DNA of 64,000 nt from assembly GCF_004010195.1 (NCBI RefSeq), contig NW_025215365.1, positions 44,362-108,361 of the forward strand. The letters are read 5' to 3'. This document shows, in pieces, positions 36,236 to 47,485 of this stretch. The DNA comes from Chiloscyllium plagiosum (lineage: Eukaryota). The stretch's first letter is position 1. Each line of letters starts with the position of its first letter. The notes under the pieces were generated by a model that saw only the letters and a list, made by a program, of their open reading frames with translations, was not told the origin of the DNA and ran no database searches. A program made the translations under genes and the position numbers.

Positions 36236-36746
36236 TAACAGTTTCATTGACAGGCTATCATTTGATCTGACTTACACCCAATGAGCAAACTCTAACAAGG
36301 CGATAAAATCTTACAGGAGATCCGCCATGGTGAGATGGTGAGAGTTTCACGTCGTGTGGTTGCAACGCCCATCCTCCCAATCCAGCCCCCCAGTAAAACA
36401 ACCCATCAACACTCACTCTCTAAGCTCGTACACAAGGTCCGCCCTGGGGGTCTTGGTGCTGGAGGGCTATTGCCTCCCATTGACCTGTAGCACGATTCTG
36501 TACCTACAGAGAGAGAGAGAGAGAGATAATTCACAGAAGGCCCACAGCCTGCAAGGAATATTGATTGCAAATATACTTCTCCATGGTAAGTTTGCCTTCA
36601 ATGTGATGGACGAAACTGGGCAGGATAGCTTGCAAACTGTCCTCTCAGTGACCTCAAGCTTACAGAGATGCCTGGACTGTCTCACATACTCATTCTAATG
36701 CATTCCAGGGGACCTCAGCCTTTGTTCCAGTCAGCCGCTGTGTGCT

Positions 36747-36972
36747 CTTTTAAAGAGACATGTGGACTACACGCTGGGAAATCTTCCGTCCCGTCTGAGA
36801 GAGAGAGGCGATAAATGCTCATTCATCCCCTCACTGGGTGTGGGAGCTGGTTGTGTGAAATACCTGACTCCAGACGGTAATCCAGTTTCTCTCTCTCTCT
36901 CTACGCAGTTGCTGCCTTTTTTAATTTCACTCACTTTACCATCGCCATCTTGTCCAGTCTGAGTGAGGTTTG
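36747..36972 (+). repeat. Copy 1 of a ~225-bp local direct duplication
   Basis: gacatgtggactacacgctgggaaatcttccgtcc...ctgagtgaggtttg recurs at 37696-37920. Confidence 0.9.
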
Positions 36973-37271
36973 AGGCAAACCAGCTGGAAGCGAACTTTCT
37001 GTCCATCTTCAGGTCCATGTGATAAAGAGAGAGAGAGAGGAGATGGGGGAAAAGAGGAGATGGAGAAAGAGAGAGAGAGGCAAAGTGAAGGGTCCAACAC
37101 GTGACAAAAGAAATTGAAATATGGATTGCAGTGAGATAGGTGAAGACGGACAGAGATATACAGTATAATATGGAGTGAGACGGTGAGTGAGAAACAAGCA
37201 GAGCAATGTGACTTAATTCTGATAATGGAACCTGTACATTTTTATTGCTTGCTCTCTCTCGGCTAAACAAG

Positions 37272-37520
37272 TAGGAGGCTGGAAGAACACAGCAAGCCAG
37301 GCAGCATCAGGAGGTGGAGAAGTCAATGTCTCGGGTATAACTCTTCTTCAGGACTGGGGCGGGGGGTGAAAGAGGAGCTGCAGATAAACTGGAGGTTGTG
37401 GGAGGTAACAGAGTGGTGAGGTGGGGATAGGTGGAGACAGGTAGAGGGTCCGACCTGGTTGGTCGATGGGAGGGATGAATCCAGTAGGTGGCTGAGAGGA
37501 ATAGAAGGGAAGGGTCTCTT
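37272..37520 (-). mobile_element. Penelope-like pLTR fragment
   Basis: gctggaagaacacagcaagccaggcagcatc...; minus strand reads CTGAAGA-AGAGTTATACCC-GAGAC-ATT. Confidence 0.65.
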
Positions 37521-37695
37521 TAGGCTACCATAGTTAATCCATAGTCTATATTTGTATAACAAAAATGGTCTGTTGGCTATTCTTCTTTATTATTGACAAG
37601 ATTACTGAAATATAACTTCTTTCCTTCATTTCTCTATTCTATAACTAAGGATAGTACCTAGGTACCTTCGTACTTCAAATGACACTGTAAGTGGT

Positions 37696-37920
37696 CTTTT
37701 ATAGCGACATGTGGACTACACGCTGGGAAATCTTCCGTCCTGTCTGAGAGAGATGATAACTGCTCATTGGTCCCCGTACTGGGTGTGGGAGCTGGTGGAT
37801 GAAATACCTGGTCCCCGGACTCCAAACAGCAACTCTGTTTCTCTCTCTCTACGCAGATGCTGCCTCTTTTCATTTCACTCACTTTACTGTCGTCATCTCA
37901 TCCACTCTGAGCGAGGTTTG
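37696..37920 (+). repeat. Copy 2 of the local duplication, embedded in a repeat 3' end
   Basis: Flanks (..gtaagtgg | tttgtaaacctttcactgcactc..gacaataa) resemble the contiguous element at ~8845-8935. Confidence 0.85.
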
Positions 37921-38235
37921 TAAACCTTTCACTGCACTCATGTGAGTACATGAGACAATAAGGCTAATTCAATTCAGTTCACTGTTGCTAGGTGCGTTCC
38001 TGTAAATCCTTCATTCCTTTGAGCCTACGTACCTACTGTACCACTGGCTCCAGACTTCTTAATATTCCCACAGACCTTCACTGAGATCCACCCTGAAATA
38101 CATCACAGGATCAGCCATGTAATGATTGTAGTGTTTTAGCAACGACATGATCTGTAACTCTGTACCCACAGGACACACTCTGCCTGGTGTAGGATGGGGC
38201 AACATGGGGCGGTTTGCTCCTTCACAACATGACCG

Positions 38236-38550
38236 AGGTGGCTCAGTGGTTAGCACTGCAGCCTCACAGCGCCAGGGACCCGGGTTCAATTCCCGCCTCG
38301 GGTGACTGTCTGTGTGGTTTGTACATTCTCCCCGTGTCTGCGTGGGTTTACTCCGAGAGCTCCAGTTTTCTCTGAGGATGTGCAGGCCAGGTGAATTAGC
38401 CAGGCTAAGTTGCCCATAGGTTAGGTTAGTCAGGGCTAAATATAGAAAATGGAGGGTAGGTGAATGGGTCTGGGTGGGCTACCTCTCCTAAAGGCCATTG
38501 TGGATTTGTTGGGCCAAACGGCCTGTTTCCATACCGTAGGGATTCTATTC
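38236..38550 (+). mobile_element. HE1-type SINE
   Basis: ggtggctcagtggttagcactgcagcctcacagcgccagggacccgggttcaattccc. Confidence 0.9.
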
Positions 38551-38559
38551 TCTAACCAA

Positions 38560-39150
38560 ACCACAAGGGGACAAAAATGGAACTTAATTTCACAAAACGT
38601 GTGGTAAAAGGCATCAAAAGGCAGACCATTACTTCACTGGAGAGAGAGATCCCAAAAGCAGGGCAGCGCAGAGGGATCTGGGTGTTCTTGCACGAGAGAC
38701 ACAAAAGGTTAGCATGCAGGTGCAGCAAGTCAGTGGAAATTCGCCAGTGGTTTGGAGTTTAAAAATAGGGAAGTCGTGTTCCAATTGTACAGGGGGTTAG
38801 TGAGGCTGCGTTCACAGGTTTGATCTCCGTATTTAAGAAAGGATATCCCAGTGCAGGGGCAGTTTGGAAGAGTTTGACTGGGCAGATTTCTAGGACCAAG
38901 GGGCAGGTTTGTCAATCGTGGTTCCACAAGTTGAGGCCTTCACCCATGAGAGTTTGGAAAAATGAGGGAAAATGTCCAGAATGCTTTGCTCCAGAGGGTG
39001 GGTGGGGGCTGAAAGTATTCCCAGAGGAGATTTTGACACATCAGGGGAGTCGATGGCTACAAGGAGCTGAGGCCTAGGACAGATCAGCCATGATCTAATA
39101 TGGGGCAAGTGTGTGGGACCGAATGGCCTATTTCTACACCTATTTCTTAA
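38560..39150 (+). mobile_element. Old CR1 fragment
   Basis: gcagagggatctgggtgt..., gggaagtcgtgttccaattgtacagggggttagtgagg, tail gaatggcctatttct. Confidence 0.6.
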
Positions 39151-39477
39151 GTTATTGGGGTATTGAGGCACTCTGGTATTGCTAGTACGGTCAGGTTGTC
39201 CTAATCTACCTAACCCACCCTCCGTCCATTACAGCTGTGGGCTTCGTCTTGGCCTGATGACTCAACACCAATTTTTCAGATATTCCACCACACCCCAACG
39301 CCCAGGAAGTGTCTGTCTACTTGCACATTACCAAGACTTGAATTGTCTCTTTCCTGCTGTTTTAAGAAATGGTCCTGAAAGACATTTGTACTCATTTTCC
39401 GAGCTGCCTTTCTTAAGATGCATCTAATCTACATGTAAATTAAAATCTTCCATCATTATTGCTGCATCTTACTTATC

Positions 39478-40015
39478 CACTTGTGTGCAATTCTGGTCTC
39501 CTTCCTATCAGAAGGATGTTGTGAAACTTGAAAGGGTTCAGAAAAGATTTACAAGGACGTTGGCAGGGTTGGAGGATTTGAGCTATGCGGAGAGGTTGAA
39601 TAGGCTGGGGATGTTTTCCCTGGAGTGTCAGAGGCTGAGGGGGTGGCCTTATAGATGTTTATAAAATCTTGAGGGACATGAATAGGATAAATAGATAAGG
39701 TCTTTTCCCTGGGGTGGGGGAGTCCAGAACTAGAGGGCATAGGTTTAGGGTGAGTGGGGAAAGATATAAAAGGGACCGAAGGACAACTTTTTCACGCAGA
39801 GAGTGGTATGAATATGGATGAGCTGCCAGAGGAAGTGGTGGAGGCTGGTACATTTACGACATTTAAAAGGCATCTGGGTGGGTATATGAATAGAAAGGGT
39901 TTGGAGGGATATGGGCTGGGTGCTGGCAGGTGGGACTAGATTGGGTTGGGATATCTGGTCGGCATGGACGTGTTGGACCGAAGGGTCTGTTTCCATGCTG
40001 TACATCTCTATGACT
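39478..40015 (+). mobile_element. CR1/HER1 LINE 3' end
   Basis: tgtgtgcaattctggtctcc...gatgagctgccagaggaagtggtg...gggtctgtttccatgctgtac. Confidence 0.9.
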
Positions 40016-40051
40016 TATCTCTTCCTGTATACTCCGATTAGAATTTTTTAA

Positions 40052-40371
40052 ATAGAATCATTACAGTGTGGAAACAGGCCCTTCAGCCCAACAAGTAGAC
40101 ACCGACCCTCTGAAGAGTAACCCACCCAGACCCCTACATTTAACTCCTGACTAATGCACACCCGTGAACACCATGGACAATTTGGCATGGCCAATTCACC
40201 TAACCTGCAGATCTTTGGACTGTGGGATGAAACTGGGCCACCCGAGGGAACCCCTCGCAAACACGGGGAGAATGTGCAAACTCCACACAGACAGTTGCCA
40301 GAGGCTGGAATCGAACCCGGGTCCCTGGCGCTGTGAGGCAGCAGTGCTAACCACTGAGCCACCGTGCCACC
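40052..40371 (-). mobile_element. HE1-type SINE
   Basis: Full-length reverse copy. Confidence 0.92.
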
Positions 40372-40456
40372 ATAAATAATGTTTACAGGGGTCCAAAGAC
40401 TACTCCCAGATGGGATCTCTCGCCTTTCATATTTCTTATCTCTGTCAAAGTTACAT

Positions 40457-40965
40457 AACAGCATAAGAAACTAGGAGCAGGAGTAGGCCGCCTGGCCCCT
40501 CGAGCCTGCTCCGCCATTCCATAAGATCATGGCTGCTCTTTTCGTGGACTCAGCTCCACTTACCATAACCCTTAATCCCTTCACTGTTCAAAAATCTCTC
40601 TATCTTTGCCTTAAAAACATTCAACGGGGAAGCCTCAACTGTTTCACTGGGCAGGGAATTCCACAGATTCACACCGCTTTGGGTGAAGAATTTCCTCCTC
40701 AGCTCAGTCCTAAATCTGCTCCTCCTTATTTTGAGGCTATGCCCCCTAGTTCTAGTTTCACCCACCAGTGGGAACCACCTCCCTGCTTCTACCTTAGCTA
40801 TTCCCTCCATGTTTCTGTAAGATCCCCCTTCTCCTATTCTCCTAAATGCCAATGACTACAATCCCAGTCTTTTCAATCTCTCCTCCTAAGCCAACTCTCT
40901 GCACTCCAGAATCGACCCAGCAAACCTCCTCTGCACCCCCTCCAGTGCCAGTACACCCTTTCTCA
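40457..40965 (-). mobile_element. CR1 LINE 3' end
   Basis: FPLVGETRTRGHSLKIRRSRFRTELRRKFFTQSGVNLWNSLP. Confidence 0.88.
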
Positions 40966-41129
40966 AAGTAGGTTCTCAAGCAAAATTGATTCTGCATCTT
41001 GCTTTTTCAAACTAAGACCATTTCTAACTACTGCCTTAATAGCATCTTTAATGTGAAGAGTTATCCCAACATCTTTTCCGAGTTTTCTGTCTTCCAGAAG
41101 TGTCAAATACCTTGAATTTTTTTTTAAAA

Positions 41130-41468
41130 TACTGAATCCCCACGGTGTGGAAACAGGCCCTTTAGCCCAACAATTCCACACCGACCCTCCACAGAGTAAC
41201 CCACCCAGATCCATTCCCCTCCCCAATTACTCGACATTTACCCCTGACCTGCACATCCCTGAATACGATAGGCAATTTAGCACGGCCAATTCACCTAACC
41301 TGCACATCTTAGGACTGTGGGAGGAAACCAGAGCACCCGGAGGAAACCCACACAGACACAGGGAGAATGTGCAAACTCCACATAGACAGTCACCTGAGGC
41401 TCGAATTGAACCCGGCTCCCTGGTGCTGTGAGGCAGAAGTGCTAACCACTGAGCCACTGTGCCGCCCT
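41130..41468 (-). mobile_element. HE1-type SINE
   Basis: Full-length reverse copy. Confidence 0.92.
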
Positions 41469-42025
41469 ATTGCAAGTTGAAATATTGAATATTGAACCTG
41501 AAATACTGGTCCTTGGTCACCTTGCAACCATGACTCTCTAATGTCTACCAGTCCAGTCAAATTTACTCCCATCGGTGCTAATAATTCATCCATTTTGTTC
41601 TGAAGACTGAGTATACTCAGATACAGAAACTTTAGCACTGATTTTGCTTTTTTACTGTTTTTAGTTTCTGGCCTTACTTGCTGGTGCATTCTACACATTG
41701 CACTCCCAGTCATACTCTAATACCATTCCACACCTATTTTTTATCTCTCAGAGGGCTGAGAGTCTTTGGAATTCCCTTCCTCAAAAGGCAATTGATGAAG
41801 AATCTTTCAATTTTTTTTAAGGCAGAGGTAGATATATTCTTGATTACCAAAGGACTGAAAGATTACTGGGGATATGCAAGAATGTAGAGTTCAGGTTAAA
41901 ATCAGATCAGCCTTCTAGATACACAATCTGCACAATGGTTCTAACATGGTTCAAGGATATCTAATGGTAGAGCTGCCATTTCTCCAATAACCGGTGCCAA
42001 TGTCCCATGAGTGGTGACCCATTCG

Positions 42026-42345
42026 GGGGCAGCATAGTGGCTCAGTGGTTTGCACTGCTGCCTCACAGCCTCAGGGACCTGGGTTCAATTCCTACCTCAG
42101 GCGACTGTGTGTGTGGAGTTTGCACATTCTCCCCGTGTCTGCGTGGGTTTCCTCCGGGTGCTCCGGTTTCCTCCCACAGTCCAAAGATGTGCAGGTCAGG
42201 TGAATTGGCCATGCAATATTGCCCGTAGTGTTAGGTGAAGGGGTAAATGTAGGGGAATGGGTCTGGGTGGGTTGCTCTCCAGAGGGTCAGTGTGGACTTG
42301 TTGGGCCGAAGGGCCTGTTTCCACACTGTAAGTAATCTAATCAAA
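42026..42345 (+). mobile_element. HE1-type SINE
   Basis: Full-length forward copy. Confidence 0.92.
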
Positions 42346-42419
42346 CTAAAGGAGGTATGTGCTCGTGTTGGAGGGGGTCCAAAGGAGGTTTACAAGAATG
42401 AATCTTAAAAAAAAAAGCG

Positions 42420-42775
42420 AGCAGCACGGTGGCACAGTGGTTAGCACTGCTGCCTCACAGCACCAGGGACCCGGGTTCAATTCCCGCCTCAGGCGACTGA
42501 CTGTGTGGAGTTTGCATGTTCTACCCAGTGTCTGCGTGGGTTTCCTCCGGGTGCTCCGGTTTCCTCCCACAGTCCAAAGAGGTACAGGTTAGGTGGATTG
42601 CCTATGCCAAATTGCCCCATCGTGTCCAAGGATGTGCAGGTCAGGTGGATTAGCCATGGGAAATGCTGGGTTACAGGGATGGGTGTGGGGGTGGGTTGGG
42701 TAGAATGGTCTTTGGAGGGTCAGTGTGGAATCAATGGGCTAACTGGCCTGCTGCCAAACTGTCGGAATTCTGTGA
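42420..42775 (+). mobile_element. HE1-type SINE (long variant)
   Basis: gcagcacggtggcacagtggttagc... with a duplicated gatgtgcagg segment. Confidence 0.9.
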
Positions 42776-43037
42776 TTTCTCTCAGGCCGTTCTTAGAGAC
42801 ATACATTCATTTTTCTCATCTTATTTACCCAACACCAATTTAGTCAGGTGGAAATCCAGAGCAACTGCCTTGAATTTAAAATGTCCACCTTGACAGTTAG
42901 ATGCCTTCATGGCCCTGGGTTCTCCTCCTTGTCCTCAGCTTTATGACCGACTGAGAACTCTGTATCCATCTCATTCTGACCTGTTGTACATCGCCAATTT
43001 CCACTGCTATACTATTGGTGTCTGTGCCTTCTGGTGA

Positions 43038-43692
43038 TGTAACAATGCTGTGACTTTAAGAGGTGTGTTTTGTCCTGGTTTCTTTTACAGAGAGAGATTG
43101 GGGGACGGCGCAGACCAGCCGATGTGAAGATAAACAATTTATGAGGCCGTGGGGTTTTTTTTGTTGTGAAGTTAGAATAGTAGAAGCAGGCTGAGTGGGT
43201 GTGGTTAAGTTCTCACAGATCCAGGATTTTTAGATTAAGATTTCAGCAGTTGTTTCTGGGGTCTCAGCAGGGTTGGAAGGCAGTGAATCTCTCCCGGCTG
43301 CTGTACTTTCTTTCTCTCTCTGAGTATTGTCTTTTGATGTTCGTCCCTCCTGGATTGGAGAACAGCATGTGAGACAAATCTATTTTCTGAATTTGCCAAG
43401 GAAAGTGTTTATGGGATGTTACTATATTGGAACAGTTAATTAGTAATAGTTATTCTATCTATTATTCTGTTAAGACTTCCAATGCAGTTAAATTATTCCA
43501 AGTTCTTCTTTATTTTGTTGTACTTTAACTACAGCGTTTGAATAAATTGTGTTTTGCCTAATGTTGAGTAGTTTGACCAAACCAATTGCATGTGGAACAC
43601 AACACTTCATATTTACCTTTAAAATAAAAAAAAGTGAGGGTCTAGACTACTTTCTTCATATATTTTGAGGGGGTCTGGTCTGGTTCATAACA
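43038..43692 (+). mobile_element. Probable solo LTR (~655 bp) inserted in an old L2-like element
   Basis: Starts TGTAACA, ends ATAACA, internal AATAAA at ~43541; L2-like sequence (tgtgccttc... / ...ctccctaaacctcc) on both sides; TSD not clean. Confidence 0.65.
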
Positions 43693-43917
43693 ACGATCTC
43701 TGAGAGTGCCTCCCTAAACCTCCATCTTTGTACCTCATGTTCATCCTTTAAGATTCTCAAATCTATCCTTGTATCTTCTTGCGAAGTTTGATGTCAATTT
43801 TGGTTTATTTTCTAGCAGTCCTTCTGGCTGCCTTTTTTATTCACTCTACGGACATGGGCATCACCGGCTGGGGCTTGCATTTATTGCCCACCCCTATTGC
43901 CAAGATAGCAGATACAG

Positions 43918-44255
43918 ACACGGTGGCACAGTGGTTGGCACTGCTGCCTCACAGCACCAGGGGCCCAGGTTCGATTCCACCCTCGCACGACTGCCTGTGT
44001 GGAGCTTGCACATTCTCCCCATGTCTGCTGAGTGCTCCGGTTTCCTCCGACAATCCAAAGGTGTGCAGGTTAGACGGACTGACGATGCTAAGTTGCCCAT
44101 AGTGCCCAGAAATGTGTAGTCTAGGTGGATTAGCCATGGGCAATGCACAGTTTCAGGGAAAGGATAGGGGGATGGGTCTGGGTGGATGCTCTTCGGAGGG
44201 TTAGTGTGGACCTGTTGGACCGAATGGCCTGTTTCCACACCGTAGGAATTCTGTG
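43918..44255 (+). mobile_element. HE1-type SINE (long variant)
   Basis: acggtggcacagtggttggcactgctgcctcacagc...ggcctgtttccacac. Confidence 0.88.
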
Positions 44256-45609
44256 ATACCCCTCCAAGCAACTCACTGTTCTGACTTGGAAATATATCGC
44301 AGTTGCTTCACTGTCGCTGGGCCGAAGTCCTGAGAAATTGCTCCCTAAGGGTCTAACTACGGCACGTGGTCTACGGCGGTTCAAGAAGGCAGCTCACTGC
44401 CATCAGGAGAAGCCACAAACAGGCTCCATTTAAATGCAGGTTGTTTTCAATGCACTCGCCCCTCATACAGTGACTCCTCGGCTCCCTGACAAAGCTTTGT
44501 ACTATTCTCCTGAAGTCCATGTTACTCCAGAGCAGCTACTCTTCTGGTCACTGGGCCTTCCCTTCTGCAAGAACACCCAGTGGGCCGGCTTCTTTGCAGT
44601 GGATGTGGTTACAGCCAAAGGGTTAACCGTGCTGATGCTGCACAATTTCCACAGGATAAGAGCTGGATTACTACTCTGGATGGTCGCTCTGAGCACACAC
44701 CCAGGCGATGTACTTACAGTCTGTGCCAGCTCCTGCTGCAGCAACCTTTCTCCTACCTGTGTTGGATAGATTGACGTGGACTGCAAGAAAGGCAAGGGGC
44801 TCATTGAGATAACAAGCAACATTATCTGTTTCTGCTCTTTAGCCCAATCCTTACACTATCTCCACACCTGTCCAGCATGGAGGAGGGAGCAAGCCGCACT
44901 GTTCCTGAGAGGTAGGGAGTAACAGGCTCCTTCATGGTAAGAGGTTCCTGGGAGATCACTGCTCCCTGAAGAGGTTGAATCCAATATGGTTGAATGGTAC
45001 CATTACAGTTTGTGGGTTTCCCTTCAGTAGATGCTGAAAGCCCCCTCTATCCTACACCATGAACTCAAGGATGACCATTTCAACAAACTCAAGCTGTTAC
45101 CGGGTTCAGGAAGTCAGGGTAGAGCACTGAGGACAAGGGCGATTTATTGAGAGAGAGGAAACGTAGGGCACACTTTTCGAATGAGTGCAAGGTCACAGAG
45201 GGTAGAAGATGGCCAAAGGGGAGAACAGTGGAATAGCTCCTTAAAGAGTCACACAAAACAATGTCGGAAGTGATTCAAATGCAATGATTCAAAGAAAGGC
45301 AGAGAACATGAACAGGACATGGGGAAGCACAGATGAATGCATGAAATACACAGGAGTGATAACACTGGAGATGACTTCAATTATTCTGAAAATAGCCCAG
45401 GACAATAAGTTCTCAAAATACATATGAAAACCATTTTACCGATGCATTTCTAACTCAATAAGGGAGGACTCGATGCAATTCCAGACACTGAAGTGGGTCA
45501 GGTGGATTATGTTTCGGGGAGGGAGCATTCAGGCAACAGTGATCATAATATAATCAGGTTTGGAAAAATTATGTAAAAGGACAATTCAATCAAGTTGATA
45601 CACGACATA

Positions 45610-46445
45610 GGTGAGGTCTCATCTGGAGCACTGTGTGCAGTTCAGGTCGTCCTGTTTTAGGAAGGACATTATGAAATTGGAGAGGGTTCAGAAAAGATTT
45701 ACCAGTGTGCTGCCAGGAATGGAGGGTTTGAGTTACAAAGATAGGCTGGGACAATTTTCTCTGGAGCATGGGAGGTTAAGGGGTAACCTTATAAAGGTTT
45801 ACAAAATCATTAGGGGCATTGATAAAATGCCCTCAGGTGGGGAAGTTCAAAACTAGAGGGCATATTTTTTATGGTGCAAGGAGAAAGGACATGAGGGGGC
45901 AACGTTTTTACACAGAGAGTGGTTCAAGTGTGGAATGAACTGCCAGAGGAACTGGTGGATGAGGTATAGTTACAATATTTAAAACATATTTGGATAAGGA
46001 CATGAATAGGAAAGGTTTGGAGGGATATGGGCTAAACACAGATAAGTGGTTCTAGTCAGTTTGGGAAGCATAGTTAGAATAGAATCCCTACAGTGTGGAA
46101 ACAGGCCCTTCGGCCCAACAAGTCCACACCGACCCTCTGAAGACTAACCCACCCAGACCCATTCCCCTACCCTATATTTACCTCTGACTAATGCACCTAA
46201 CCTACACATCCCTGAACACTATGGGCAATTTAGCACAGCCAATTCACCTAACCTGCACCTCTTTGGATTGTGGGAGGAGACCCACTCAGACACAGGGAGA
46301 ACGTGCAAACTCCACACAGACAGTTGTCCGAGACTGGAATCCCGGGTGTTGTGAGGCAGCAGTGCTGACCACTGAGCCACCGTGCCACCCCATTGGCATG
46401 GACTAGTTGGACTGAAGGGTCTGTTTCCATGCTGTTACGACTCTA
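45610..46445 (+). mobile_element. CR1/HER1 3' end with an HE1 SINE (46074-46391, minus) inserted in its tail
   Basis: RSHLEHCVQFRSSCFRKDIMKLERVQKRFT; the tail resumes after the SINE (ggcatggactagttggactgaagggtctg). Confidence 0.88.
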
Positions 46446-47039
46446 GAAACCTGCTAACTGGAACTGGTCTAGGTTGAACTGGAATTAAACATTGGTACCC
46501 AACGCAGTCATTCAATAACAGGAGGCCTTTAGAGAGCACGGAGAGTAGCTAAGGGAGAAAGAAAACACATCAAGAACAAACTGAATGATAAATTTGAGGG
46601 ATTAAAATAACATTGAAAAAGAAAGATGATGAAAGCTTATAGTAGAGAACTGAGCTAAAGAAGATAAAGAAGGACAGAGGATAATTAATAAAAGGGAATA
46701 AGATGGACAAATAAAAGGGAAGAGAGCAGATAGTTGGTTAACTCAAAAGGGGCCACAAAGGGTTTTCTAAGTAAATATTGACATTGTAAAAGGACATTCT
46801 AGAGAACCCGAGAGGAGATCTCCTTGTGAAAGTTGAGGATACACTGAGCTGGTCCTGAATGAATAGGTCTTCACTGATATAGGGGGTGTTGATAATGTCA
46901 CAATAAAAGTGGAAGAAATCATAATACAGAGACAGCAAAAAAAAAAAATGAAGCTCACCCTCAAAACAGAAGAACTATCCACATCCTGATGAGACGTACC
47001 CTGGCCTAGGAAAAGTGGACATTGTCAAGATTCAGGGCA

Positions 47040-47485
47040 CTGGCTCTGAGGAAAGGTCAAAAAGACTAGGATTGTTTTCACTGGAAAGATGGCGGCTGAG
47101 AGGGGTCTTGATAGAGGTCTACAAAATTATGAGAGGTGTAGATAAGTCAATCGTCAGACGCTTTTTCCCACAGTTGAAGTTTCAATTACAAGGGGGCACA
47201 GGTTCAAGGGAGAGGGTAAAGTTTAAGGGAGAGAGTAAAGTTTAAGGGAGATGTTCGAGGGATGTTTCTCATGCAGAGAGTAGCAGGAGCCTGCAACGCC
47301 AACCAGATGAGGTTGTGAAAGCAGGTACACTGGCTACATTTTAAGAGGCATCTGGATTGTTAAATGAATAAGGAGGGAATGGAGGGATATGGAATGAATA
47401 AGGACTGAAGGTTTGATTTTTAGTTTAATTAGGCATGATGACTGGCACAGGCTTGGTGGGCCGAAGGGCCTGTTCCTATAATGTA
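47040..47485 (+). mobile_element. CR1 LINE 3' end
   Basis: KRLGLFSLERWRLRGVLIEVYKIMRGVDK. Confidence 0.85.
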
